A stretch of DNA of 55,037 nt, counting the filler, from Ionaspis alba (taxonomy: Eukaryota): assembly GCA_964255285.1 (NCBI GenBank). It is 2 parts of 2 records of this genome, joined end to end, with 100 filler letters (N's around TTAATTAATTAA, not from the genome) between each part and the next. Parts side by side here need not be neighbours in the genome. Positions count along the whole stretch, not along the records: positions 1 to 27,493 come from CAXUUL010000138.1; positions 27,594 to 55,037 come from CAXUUL010000139.1. One strand, written 5' to 3'. Numbering within the stretch: the first letter of the stretch is position 1; each line of letters starts with the position of its first letter. The notes under the pieces were generated by a model. The model ran no database searches and was not told the DNA's origin. It saw only the letters and a program-made list of their open reading frames with translations. Positions 26,173 through 37,470 of this stretch are shown here, in pieces. The position numbers and the translations under genes were made by a program.

Positions 26173-27481
26173 ATGGCCGATGGACGACCAGCTATGGCAG
26201 CCTTTGTGCCACAAAAACATCCTCTCACGCCCGTCTCGCCCCTTCTCCCTACGACACTACCTCATGTCTGCGAGCCCATCCCTCCTCTTCCCATGACTCC
26301 TCCTGACGCGGACGAAATCCTCGATGCAGCAAGCAATGCAGCCGCTCTGCGTACAGCTCTCCATGTCATTGCCACGGAAAGAGATGGCTTAACCCACATC
26401 GAGAAGCTCTACCAGTCCGACTCAATTGCCCAGGAGGGATTCATGAATGCGGTAAATGCGATCTCCCGCAGTAAACGAAATGGTGGGAAATTGATCGTCA
26501 GCGGAGTTGGAAAGAGCGGGAAGATCGGACATAAGCTCGTGGCTACTATGAACAGCTTCGGCGTTACGAGTGTCTTTATGGATTATGGCGATTCTCTGCA
26601 TGGGGACCTGGGAATGATAGAACGAGTAAGCCAAGTTGGTTTTATCTATTGCAGAACTGGAGACTAATTCAGCACACCAGAACGATACCCTCCTCTTGAT
26701 TACCTTTTCTGGCCGCACCTCCGAACTCGCCAGTCTGCTTTCCCACATCGCGCCTCACCACCCACTAATTCTTCTCACATCTCACACCCACCCTTCCACC
26801 TGTCCCCTCTTCGCCAACCGTCCCGCCTCATCATGCATTCTCCTCCCAGCACCAATCCCGGTCTCTGAAAGCACGTCCTTCGGACTTGCCGCACCAACGA
26901 CCTCGACAACCAGCGCCCTCGCCCTGGCCGACGCATTGGCTCTAGCAGTCGCCCGTCGACTACACCCAAGTCCAGCCGACGTCTTCCACACCTACCATCC
27001 TGGCGGCGCGATCGGCGCACAGGCAGAAAAAACCAAGAGCCTGACAATGGCAGACATAGCCATCGTGGTCGACGACGTACCCATAGTCAAACGCCATTCC
27101 CCCATCGACGCCTCCTTACCCATCCACCAACCCCTCACAGCAACCGACATCCTCTTCACAGCCCTCGACTCCCCATCTTCTTGGGTCCGCCTCACTCCCA
27201 CCTCCATCATCTCCCCCCTGCAAATCAAAACCCTCCGCCATCAGCTCGACACGCCCGTCCATCAACTCGATCCTGGCATGGTGGTTGAAAAAAGCGATTG
27301 GATTTCCATCCCTGCGGCGTGCGAGATCGAGGAGGCGAGAGCTTGGATCCGGAATATGAGGAGTAGTGAGCGTGGGAGGACATTTTTGAGGAGGGGTACC
27401 GTGTTGGGGATTGTGGATTCTGAGGGGAAGGTTAGTGGGGTTGTGGAGATTGAGAGGGTCGTTGATGTTGAGGTGGATTAG
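26173..27481 (+). CDS. SIS-domain sugar-phosphate isomerase, KpsF/GutQ-like
   Basis: GKLIVSGVGKSGKIGHKLVATMNS, HGDLG, LLITFSGRTSEL, APTTSTTSALALADALA and HPGGAIG, with a degenerate CBS-like tail (VLGIVD...GVVEIE). One intron about 26626-26680. Confidence 0.88.
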
Positions 27482-27493
27482 AGTAAGCTGGGG

Positions 27494-27593
27494 NNNNNNN
27501 NNNNNNNNNNNNNNNNNNNNNNNNNNNNNNNNNNNNNTTAATTAATTAANNNNNNNNNNNNNNNNNNNNNNNNNNNNNNNNNNNNNNNNNNNN
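27494..27593. other. Artificial contig-joining spacer N44-TTAATTAATTAA-N44
   Basis: Exactly 100 bp: 44 N, the six-frame-stop 12-mer TTAATTAATTAA (27538-27549), then 44 N. Confidence 0.95.
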
Positions 27594-27810
27594 TTCCGGG
27601 GGTCTGGGGGCCGCCCGGAAACGCGAAGGGAGGGGGGAGTTCGATCGTCAGCGGCTTTTTGGCTGGCGTTTGGGGGTCGGTGGTGGTGGTGGTCGTCGTC
27701 GTCGTCTCCGCAGTTGGTGCTGGTTCATATTTAGGCGTGGTGGAGGCCTCGGTTGATGCAGAGCTGGTGGTTGCCTCTGGCTTCGATGATGAAGACGATG
27801 GTGCCGACAT
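27594..27810 (-). CDS. 5' part of a Ser/Thr/Pro-rich hypothetical protein, truncated by the spacer
   Basis: ATG at 27810 in a good context (ACCACAATG), preceded by a canonical 53-nt 5'UTR intron (GTAAGT 27870, CTGAC, CAG 27818). Reads MSAPSSSSSKPEATT...KKPLTIELPPPFAFPGGPQTPG into the N run. Confidence 0.6.
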
Positions 27811-28449
27811 TGTGGTTCTGGTGGATGTCAGTTGGGTGGCAGGATGTGCAACAGAAGGCTGGTAACTTACACAAATTTTTTGATGAGACTGTCTTTGATG
27901 GAGGCTGGTTGTGGTGTTGGTGTTCAGAGGGTAGAAAGAGTTTCGTCGTTGGTGTGAAAGTGGAGTTGTCGTTGTTGATGAGTGGTAGTGATGAAGTTCT
28001 CCAGACAATTTTGAATCTGTAAGAACTGTGGGCCTTGGCGCTGCGGCCTGGGAAATTAGCTCCGGGTCCCAATAGATTTTAGAGCAGTGAATCTCACGAT
28101 ATTCGCCACCCGGCGAGGCTTGGCGATCACGGCATGGTCCACCTTTCCCGAAACTCACCACGACAAGGCCGCTACTTGCCACAGCTTGACTGCATGGTCG
28201 ACAAGCAGGAAGACAGGACAGCCAAATAGGACAAACAACGAGATCTCCCCTGACCACACAACTGATTACACCGGATCGAAGCAATCCTGGCACAAGTACC
28301 TTCAAAGCCACCCTAGTAGGGAAATTGCACTTTTGACGACAACAAGCCTTCTTCATAGATACAAACAAAGGAGAGACGACAGCAAGACGGTGTTGCATGA
28401 GACAGCAGTAAAGAAAAAGAACATAAAACAAACATGCAATTTTTGGAGG

Positions 28450-28670
28450 GCTCATCTTAACAGCCCGAAGGCTGCTGCTAGGACGTGGAAGCACAAGCAT
28501 CGACAGCAATTGTTCTTAATCAGTCTGAGAAGCCACTTCGTGTTTGCTACTACCATCGACAGAAGCAGATGTTCAGACCTCTCTGTCCAGCTATGCTCCT
28601 CTGCCAGGATTGGCATGGGAGGAGTATCTTGATCTCGAAGATCAGTAGGAGGAAGAGTCAACAGTCGTCG
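28450..28670. ncRNA. Candidate structured non-coding RNA (strand unresolved; H/ACA-like features)
   Basis: Several nested stems: CAGCC-CGAA-GGCTG (a cUUCGg loop on the minus strand), ATGCTCCTC/GAGGAGTAT, TGCCA/TGGCA and TGATCT/AGATCA. An ACAGAA box precedes and an ACA follows the large hairpin on the plus strand. Confidence 0.3.
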
Positions 28671-28821
28671 AGTGTGTTATCGAGTTAGTTAGCTCCCGAC
28701 CGGGCCGGTTTTTTCCGAGAACTCTAGTATTGGCAGCGATATAGGCAGTACACTTCTTGGTGGGATAAAGGCGCTCGGTCAGTTACGCGTACTCAAGCTT
28801 GAGAGCCAATTCAGAGTCAAT

Positions 28822-30365
28822 ATGGCAGAGGCACCCATAGGTATACACAGATCCTCCACACTGGCACAGAAGTTCCAGCTAAAATACTGTCTACAGTCCT
28901 CGATGGAGGAACTGGGTTCCTCAAGGTTGGGTATGCTGCGCAGGTCAGTATGAGCTCCATGGACTCTTTCAGCGGGCGTATGATAGCTTTTAGTTACTGA
29001 TATCTATTCATTAAACCTAGAACTTCCCAGAGCATCAATATCCATCGATTGTGGGAAGACCGATCCTGCGGTCAGAAGAGCGATCCGGCGATATTGTTGT
29101 CAAGGATATAATGTGCGGGGATGAGGCAGCAGCGGCACGCTCAATGCTTCAGATTACCTATCCCGTACGTTCTTGGTACTATGGGGAGAAGTTCCGATAT
29201 TTTAGCTGGCCTTGGGTCTGACAAGGAATTCCTGCAGATGGAGAATGGGATTGTGAAGCGGTGGGATGACATGGAACATCTCTGGGACTTTACTTTCAAC
29301 GAGAAGCTCAAAATCAATACTACTGGTCGCAAGATTCTCCTTACCGAACCCCCGTTAAATCCTCTCAAGAACCGGGAACGAATGTGCGAAGTTATGTTTG
29401 AAAGATACAATTTCGGAGGAGTCTACGTTTCGATACAAGCCGTACTGGCGCTTTACGCACAAGGTGAGGACCGACCTTTAGTCATAGAAATTGATCCTCG
29501 CTGAGGCAACTCAACAGGTCTGAGCAGCGGAGTTGTGGTTGACTCTGGCGACGGCGTCACCCACATTGTCCCTGTCTACGAGTCCACGGTTCTCAACCAC
29601 CTTACCCGACGACTCGACGTAGCAGGGAGAGATGTCACTCGCAACCTGATCGCTCTACTTCTTCGTCGAGGCTACGCTTTGAATCGCACGGCCGACTTCG
29701 AAACTGTCCGGCAGATAAAGGAGAAGTTGTGCTACGTCAGCTATGACCTTGAACTCGACCAGCGTCTGAGCGAAGACACTACAGTTCTCGTCGAATCCTA
29801 CACATTACCTGATGGTCGAGTCATACGAGTGGGAAGTGAACGATTCGAGGCTCCAGAGTGCCTGTTCCAGCCTCATTTAGTGGATGTGGAGCAACCAGGG
29901 ATCGCAGAGTATCTCTTCAATACCATTCAGGCGGCAGATGTGGATGTGCGCAGTAGTTTATACAAAGCCATCGTTCTGAGTGGTGGAAGTAGCATGTATC
30001 CCGGATTACCTTCACGACTGGAGAAAGAGATCAAGCAGTTATGGTTAACAAAAGTCCTTGGCGGTAACCCAGAGCGATTGAACGTAAGGAACTCGATGTG
30101 AGACATGAAAATGCATGCCATGATACTCACAATCTGTCCAGAAATTCAAGGTTCGAATAGAGGATCCGCCTCGGAGGAGACATATGGTGTTCTTGGGCGG
30201 TGCAGTACTAGCAAACATTGTGAGTTCACCCCTCTCTAGTTGCTCCTCCGTCACATTTCTATGCTTATTTCTCTATAGATGTCAGACAAAGAGACTATGT
30301 GGGTAACGAAGCAGGAATGGGAAGAACAAGGGCCAAAGGTACTGGAAAAGTTTGGGCCGAGATAG
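28822..30365 (+). CDS. ARP2: Actin-related protein 2 (Arp2/3 complex)
   Basis: [79 protein letters not shown] and [12 protein letters not shown]. Six introns; TAG at 30363-30365. Confidence 0.97.
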
Positions 30366-30588
30366 AATTGGGAACGTGAGGATTATCTGCAATGGCTTCA
30401 GGCGTCCTTGTAGATACCTTGTGGGTCGGATACCCCTCCTGGAGGAAGATTCACCATCAGCAGGCATAAAAAAATTCCAGAACCCAGTCTACAACGTTCT
30501 TAGAGAGCCACGTGATATATGCATCTCCGTGAAACCCACTTCTCTTTTCACTAGCAAGCTCTGTTTCCTGCATTTCCAGAATTTCAAC

Positions 30589-31365
30589 ATGGCTGAGTTT
30601 CGGATCCTAATCATCAATCCGAACACCACACAATCCATGACGGATGCCCTAAAACCGCTAGTAGAAAGTCTTCAATACCACAACGTAAGCTCCGCCACGT
30701 CCCTGCAGAAATTTGACGACGTCCGAGACTAAGCTACATAGACCAAGTACGACTTTTTTACAGCCAAATCAGGGCCTCCAAGTATCAACGATGATACAGA
30801 CGCCCAAGAAAGCGCAGACCACTGTATCCGTGATCTCGTTCCCGGCTTCACCGATGCTTATGGTGGCTTCATAGTAGCATGCTTCAGCCACCATCCGCTT
30901 GTCTCTTTACTGCGTGAAGCAACCAACGATTCGAAGCCTGTTCTAGGCATCTTTGAAGCAAGCGTCACAGCTGCTTTGCAACTTCTCTCACCAAAGACAG
31001 TCTTGGAGGAGCAATTCGGCATTGTCTCCACTGGCAAAATCTGGGAGAAGCTGCTCACTGGTGCTGTCAATGAGATGCTAGGAAGTTCGGGCAGTGGCAG
31101 TAGACGCTTTGCTGGTGTAGAAACCACAGGATTGAATGCTACAGAGCTGCACGATGCGCCGCAGGACGAAGTCAGGATGAGGATCCAGGAGGCTACGAAG
31201 CGCCTGATAGGGAGAGGCAATGTCAAGGTTGTAATTCTAGGCTGTGCTGGGATGGCGGGAATGGATGAGTGGGTGAGAGAGGAGGTGCAGAGTGATGTGA
31301 AGATTGTAGATGGGGTGAAAGCTGCGGTCGGAGCACTGCAAGGCTTGATTCGTGGAAATTTTTGA
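30589..31365 (+). CDS. DCG1: Asp/Glu/hydantoin racemase family protein Dcg1
   Basis: RILIINPNTTQSMT, GPPSIND, VACFSHHPL, GIFEASV and LGCAGMAG with both catalytic Cys present, and IVDGVKAAV. One intron about 30685-30741. Confidence 0.9.
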
Positions 31366-31573
31366 AGGCATGAGGAAGTATGACCACTATTCGTCTCTAA
31401 GGTCTATCAATAGAAGCAGTTATCTTGATGGTGACGATGGCACGAGCCGTTCGGGATTAGATCAACGTGATACGATATCCTTAATAGCACTTTTAGGTAT
31501 ATCCTCAATAAGGCACCAACACCTTCAATTTCCCTTAATAATATAGACCACCCCCTATTGCGCGCTGATTCTC

Positions 31574-33499
31574 CTAGTATCCTATCGTAGTGTAGTCAGT
31601 ACACAGTACGTGAAGTTCCAAGCGAATTCAAATCACACTTACCCCTTTGCTCCCTCCGATCACCATCTCCACCAGGGCCATCCCCGCCAGAAGCTGCAGC
31701 CACGCCGGCTTCTCGAATGGCCTCTGCATCTCCTCTGAGCTTTTCGAAATGGGCTTTTATGTCCTCCGCACTGACTGCTCGACCACTCTCTGCAAACGGC
31801 TGTAAGAAGCTCTTCAGATTGTCTTTCAAGTGATTATATGCCATGACACCTTCTATGAGCTGGTCAGCAACAGAGATATGAATAAAGCTCCAGATCATAC
31901 TGACCAATAGCTCGGACTCGATCAACATTGCTCAAAGCAGCTTCGCCTCTATCAAGCAAACTTCCTGTTCCTATACTCCCTCCACCGTTAGCGTTGTCAC
32001 CGTCCTCGGAGATTGGTGGCTCGTAGGTTTCCTCCTCTTCCAAAAGTTGTGGATAGTTGCGGAGTGTTGAATAGCAGTCTGGGCATCGACAGAACAATTC
32101 CCGAAAATCCTCATTTGTTGCTAGAAGCGAGATGATTCCCTTCGGTTCTGGGAGTAGAAGACCCCTTCTGCAGGTTGTAGATTCTATTTGGTTTGAGAGA
32201 TGTCCGTTCACGACGTCGACTTTTGCTCTCTTCGATGACGTAGACTCAGATTCCGATCCAGTGTCTTCAACTTTGCGTTTGTTGGATNNNNNNNNNNNNN
32301 NNNNNNNNNNNNNNNNNNNNNNNNNNNNNNNNNNNNNNNNNNNNNNNNNNNNNNNNNNNNNNNNNNNNNNNNNNNNNNNNNNNNNNNCGATGACGTAGAC
32401 TCAGATTCCGATCCAGTGTCTTCAACTTTGCGTTTGTTGGATAGAGGTTCGGATTTTAAAGACTTGTCCATTGACGAAGTGGCTTCAATGGCAGAGGTGA
32501 CTATTTCCTTCTTGACGCCATTGCCGTCCATCTCGAGCTTTGTAACAGTCTCAAAGCCATTGCTACTCGCGTATCTTTTGATCCAAGGGCAAGCGTCCAC
32601 GCATTTGTAACATATCAACGCTTCAAATGTATCGTCTGCTGGGAATCCGGGAGGCACAGGATGCTCTGCTGCCTCGCCTTCTTGGTCCGGCTTATAGTTT
32701 TCAGCTCGGGGGCCCGCTTCTCCTGTGACACCATCTTTCACACTTTCGTACCAGTCCCGGGATAAACCCAGAAGACATTCTGGGTGCCACCAATCTTCGC
32801 CACATCCACCGTGCTGCTCTGTTGTAAGGCCAACGCATTGGTACATCGTTCCCTTCTCGCTATGTGGATCGTATACCTCGCCGCACCCACAGAATCTATT
32901 CTGGAAATTCTGATTATAAGTGTTGCCTTGTGTTGCCTCCTGAGAACGGACGGATCCTTTCACACCGGTCACTGGGTCTTCTCTCAGCGTGCATGGAGTA
33001 GCTGATGATATCCTTGTTGTTCCACAGTCGCAGGTGAAATTTCGTCTATTAAAAAGCTCCACAAGCGTATGCTCTCCATGGCATGCAATAGAGCATGCAT
33101 AGCATAGACCAGCAGGCGTATAGAGGTCGCGAGAAGACGCAGGGGGCGGATTACACGTCATGCACGAGAATACGCTCTGTCTGAGCGGACCAAGAGGCTG
33201 CGTACAGTGTTCGAAGGACTGAGGACTATCAATGGACGAGAGCTGAGAACTTGAGTGGATGACTTACAAATGGTAGAGCTTCACGCGCATCTGCTTCAAG
33301 TTGTAGTTGACTATCGATAAATCTGAGTATACCTGTTAGTCCATCGGAGAGCAAGACCACAGTACAATTTCCCTACTGAAGGTAAGGCAACGTACTCCGA
33401 GGCAGTCTGTGAGTCCTTGCGCTCCTCCCCTCCATCGGCCGGCTGATCATTGAGCTGTGGAGGCTGAGTCAAGGAGACAAGCGGTGGATTAGACGCCAT
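31574..33499 (-). CDS. mlo2: UBR7/Mlo2 UBR-box + PHD protein
   Basis: UBR box (CTQPLGPLRQSVFSCMTC...CYACSIACHGEHTLVELFNRRNFTCDCG), PHD-like region (FCGC...MYQC...CGEDWWHPEC...CYKC) and C-terminal CRCPDC...EEETYEPP...DRVRAIEG. The reading frame is continuous once the false gap is collapsed. Confidence 0.9.
32233..32442. other. False scaffold gap: 100 N flanked by an identical 55-bp duplication
   Basis: 32233-32287 is identical to 32388-32442, with N at 32288-32387. Confidence 0.93.
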
Positions 33500-33633
33500 A
33501 GGTGGAGCGAAGGCGAATTACAAATACTCGGGAGATTCGTATGCTCGGAGAGGTGAAATCGAAGGGCTCGTCAGGCGCGGGTCTATCTACTCCATATGCT
33601 CGCATCCCACTTCAGCCCTATGGCTAAAGTGTA

Positions 33634-33659
33634 ACGCGTCGCGTCCATGGCTAGACGCG
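33634..33659. promoter_or_regulatory. MCB (MluI cell-cycle box) cluster in the mlo2/MCM2 bidirectional promoter
   Basis: ACGCGTCGCGT at 33634-33644 and ACGCG at 33655-33659, about 100 bp upstream of MCM2. Confidence 0.7.
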
Positions 33660-33754
33660 CCATAAAGTGGTTTGCGACTCCATACACCATGACCTTGTTC
33701 TTTCCCTCAAACGCACACGATTCATACAAGGCATCCTCTTCTCGCATACATTCG

Positions 33755-36644
33755 ATGAGGTGAGTAACATTACATACACATCTAGCGCAACCTTTGATAC
33801 TCTATACACCTCCTTCGAAGCTCCGAGCATTCCACTGTCTAAACTGTATCAGTTCTCCCCTTCGACCAAGTATGGCAGCTGCCAATCGCGGAATGCCCAG
33901 CACAACGGGAAGAAAGCGCTCGAGAGAGCCAGACGATGATATTCCATTTTCAGCGCCCGCACCCCCATCAAGCCGTAGGTTTATTCTCCTTCACGTATTA
34001 ACTACCCTACTGAAAGAATGGATAGCTCTGCCTTCGTCACCTCCAATACTGCCAATGGACGACGACGACGACGACGCCGAATCCCTGGACCCTGAGAACG
34101 ATTTGATTGGTGACATTGATGACGTGGACGAGATGGCCGAAGACGAAGACGGGATCGACTTGTTTGCGGACAATTTTGAGCGAGATTACAAGGCTCGAGA
34201 GAACGATGCTTACAAGGGCGCTGATATTGACGATGAAGGCGATTACGACGAACTGGACGTCGCCACTCGTAGACAGCTAGAAGCACGACTCAACAAAAGA
34301 GATAGGGAACTCGCACGAAGGAGACGCATGCCAGCCGCTTTCCTCCAAGACGATGATGATGAGGCGGAGCTAGATCTCACTCGGCAGCCTAGACGACGAA
34401 GACATCACTACGATGAAGATCAGGAGGATGAGGAGATGGGAGAAGACATCATGGAAGAAGAGCTTTCTCTTGAAACACTGCAAGATGTAAAGGCATCAAG
34501 CTTGACCGATTGGGTAACTCAACCAGCGGTCTATCGAACGGTCTTTAGAGAGTTCAAGTCTTTCCTCACAGAGTACACCGACGAGCACGGCACATCCGTC
34601 TATGGGACACGAGTTCGAACTCTGGGCGAAGTCAATGCAGAATCTCTAGAGGTCTCGTACGATCATCTCTCAGCTTCGAAGGCCATTCTCGCATACTTCC
34701 TTGCCAATGCACCTGGTGAGGTGCTGGAAATCTTTGACAAAGTGGCCATGGATGTCACATTGCTTCACTACCCCGACTATGAACGCATTCATTCCGAGAT
34801 TCACGTCCGCATCTCGGATCTGCCTGTTCATTACACTCTACGTCAACTCCGTCAGACCCATCTCAATTGCCTCGTTCGAGTCAGCGGCGTTGTCACACGC
34901 CGTACTGGAGTATTCCCTCAACTCAAGCATGTTCGCTTTGACTGCACTAAATGTGGAGTCACTCTTGGTCCTTTCCCCCAGGAATCGAATGCCGAAGTGC
35001 GGATTTCCTACTGTTCGAATTGCCAATCGCACGGTCCATTCACGCTGAACTCGGAGAAGACAATTTACCGCAACTACCAAAAATTGACCCTTCAAGAGTC
35101 TCCTGGAACAGTCCCAGCCGGTCGACTGCCTCGTCACCGAGAAGTGATTCTTTTGTGGGATTTGATTGACAAGGCTAAGCCTGGTGAAGAGGTTGAAGTC
35201 ACTGGAATATACCGCAACAACTATGATGCTCAGCTCAACAATCGCAACGGCTTTCCAGTTTTTGCCACAATCCTCGAAGCCAATCATGTGGTTAAATCTC
35301 ATGATCAATTGGCCGGCTTTCGCCTCACAGAGGAGGATGAGCGCGAAATCAGAGCGTTATCGAAAGATCCTCAAATCGTGAACAAAATTGTTGCTTCGAT
35401 CGCTCCCAGTATTTACGGCCACACTGACATCAAGACTGCAGTCGCACTATCACTGTTTGGTGGTGTTAGTAAGGAAGCTCAAGGAATGCACAAGATTCGT
35501 GGCGATATCAACATCCTACTTCTCGGAGATCCAGGTACAGCCAAATCCCAAGTCCTTAAATACATCGAAAAGACAGCGCATCGAGCCGTCTTCGCCACAG
35601 GTCAAGGTGCAAGTGCAGTAGGTCTTACAGCCAGCGTGAGGCGTGATCCCATAACCAGCGAGTGGACTCTTGAAGGAGGTGCGCTTGTGCTTGCGGATCG
35701 GGGAACCTGTCTCATCGACGAATTTGACAAGATGAATGATCAAGATAGGACTTCCATCCACGAAGCTATGGAGCAACAGACCATTTCGATATCCAAGGCT
35801 GGCATAGTCACGACTCTCCAAGCTCGATGCTCGATTGTTGCAGCGGCAAATCCGATCGGTGGTCGCTACAATAGCACGATTCCTTTCTCTCAGAACGTGG
35901 AGCTTACGGAACCTATCCTGTCTCGATTCGATATACTTTGTGTCGTGCGTGACACCGTCGACCCAAGTGAAGATGAGCGGTTAGCCAAATTCGTTGTCAA
36001 CTCTCATGGTCGTGCTCATCCTTCAGCAAACTCGACAGATGCCAACCAGAATATTATGGAGGTTGAGGACGACGAGGAAATCCGAGATCAGCAGGTGAAC
36101 GGCGGAGAGCCAAAACAAGAAGGAGAGATTCCACAGGAGCTGCTTCGAAAGTACATTCTGTACGCACGTGAGAAGTGCTCTCCGAAGCTCTACCAGATCG
36201 ACCAAGACAAAGTGGCGAGATTGTTTGCCGATATGAGAAGAGAGTCTTTGGCAACCGGAGCATATCCAATCACAGTACGGTTCCCTCACGTTGAACTCCA
36301 ATATGGTGTCTAACATATACAATTTAGGTCCGTCATTTGGAAGCAATCATGAGAATCAGTGAAGCTTTCTGCAAGATGCGATTGTCAGAGTACTGTACTT
36401 CTCAAGACATTGACCGTGCCATTGCCGTTACTGTGGACAGCTTCGTTGCAAGCCAGAAAGTCAGCTGCAAGAAAGCACTCGCAAGAGCCTTTGCAAAGTA
36501 CGTTCTCAGTGCAAACTCTCGGCAAAACACATTAACTAATCAACTCCCAGATATACTTTGGCAAGGCCAGGCGCGCAGAAGCAAGGAAGACAGGCTGGAA
36601 GGAACGGAGTTCGAGGTGGTCGAGCTACCACTGTTGCTGCTTGA
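33755..36644 (+). CDS. MCM2: DNA replication licensing factor Mcm2
   Basis: 5-nt first coding exon (ATGAG|GTGAGT at 33755). Acidic histone-binding region with ERDY...DAY, a zinc finger, Walker A GDPGTAKSQ, IDEFDKM and Arg-finger SRFD. Last exon ends TGA at 36642-36644. Confidence 0.97.
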
Positions 36645-37470
36645 AATATGATTTGACGCTGGGTGTTCCCTTCATACCTTCATGCTGCGGTGTCTGGAGT
36701 AATGCTGGGAAGTGCATATGATCTGACAGCCGGAGGTCGGGAATTGCATCTTCTGTATTCTGGCAGGATAGAACGATGTCTACGTAAACATAATCACTTC
36801 CATAACACAGTACAATGCAGATGTCTCATCCCGGAATTGCTGCAGGAGACGTCGCAGCTCACGATGCATCGCTCATCTCATGAGTTTCCCAAAGATGAGA
36901 GAGAAGAGGGTAAGAGGACAATTTCTCCGATGCAAATGGGATGAAAGCGGCAAAGGAAGCCGGGACGGAACAGGGTACCAAAAACAGCAAGCAACGACAC
37001 TTGTGTTGGCCAGGCCAGGGTTTATGACCGTAGCTTGTGTGCCCTCTCGTAACATTAATCCTGGACCTTTTGCGCACGAAGCTTTCGGTCTGCCTTGACT
37101 CACATGACCTACTATCGCTAGGAGCGCTTGGCGCTTGGCGCGTCCTCCTGCAGTAGGTTTGACGCAGGTCAGCCCAGCCACAAATCGAATGGCACTTGTC
37201 AGGCTTTCACTTATTGCTCCATTAGCGTCAAATATGTTGCATGAACCATTCTTCAGCCTCCCATCCACTCGACGTCTTTGACAATACTGACCTAAAGATG
37301 TTCAGACCATTAGTCGGCTTGTCTTTTCTTCTACTAGACTACCGGTCTAAGTCTCGTCCCCTGCGCTTTGATTTGCTGTGACCTATTCACTATTTGGTCC
37401 CCACTTGTACGCCTGGTTTCCTTGAGATATTCAGTGACTTCTGTGTATCTACGATATTATTCATCTGATC

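Noticed and set aside
28438..28530. Sm-like site and TGTTCTTAATCAGT, resembling U2 snRNA
   Set aside because: The branch-point-pairing GTGTAGTA is absent and the elements are in the wrong order for U2.
27811..28632. Long ORFs 27538-28509 (minus) and 28087-28632 (plus)
   Set aside because: Composition looks non-coding (UTR/promoter-like) and the minus ORF reads through a clear intron. Only the part from ATG 27810 is credible.
36650..37470. Search for an amyloid-signalling or effector partner gene next to the NLR
   Set aside because: The short ORFs lack HRAM/PP/sigma-like G/N/Q motifs or HeLo, lipase or gasdermin features. The NLR carries its own N-terminal domain.
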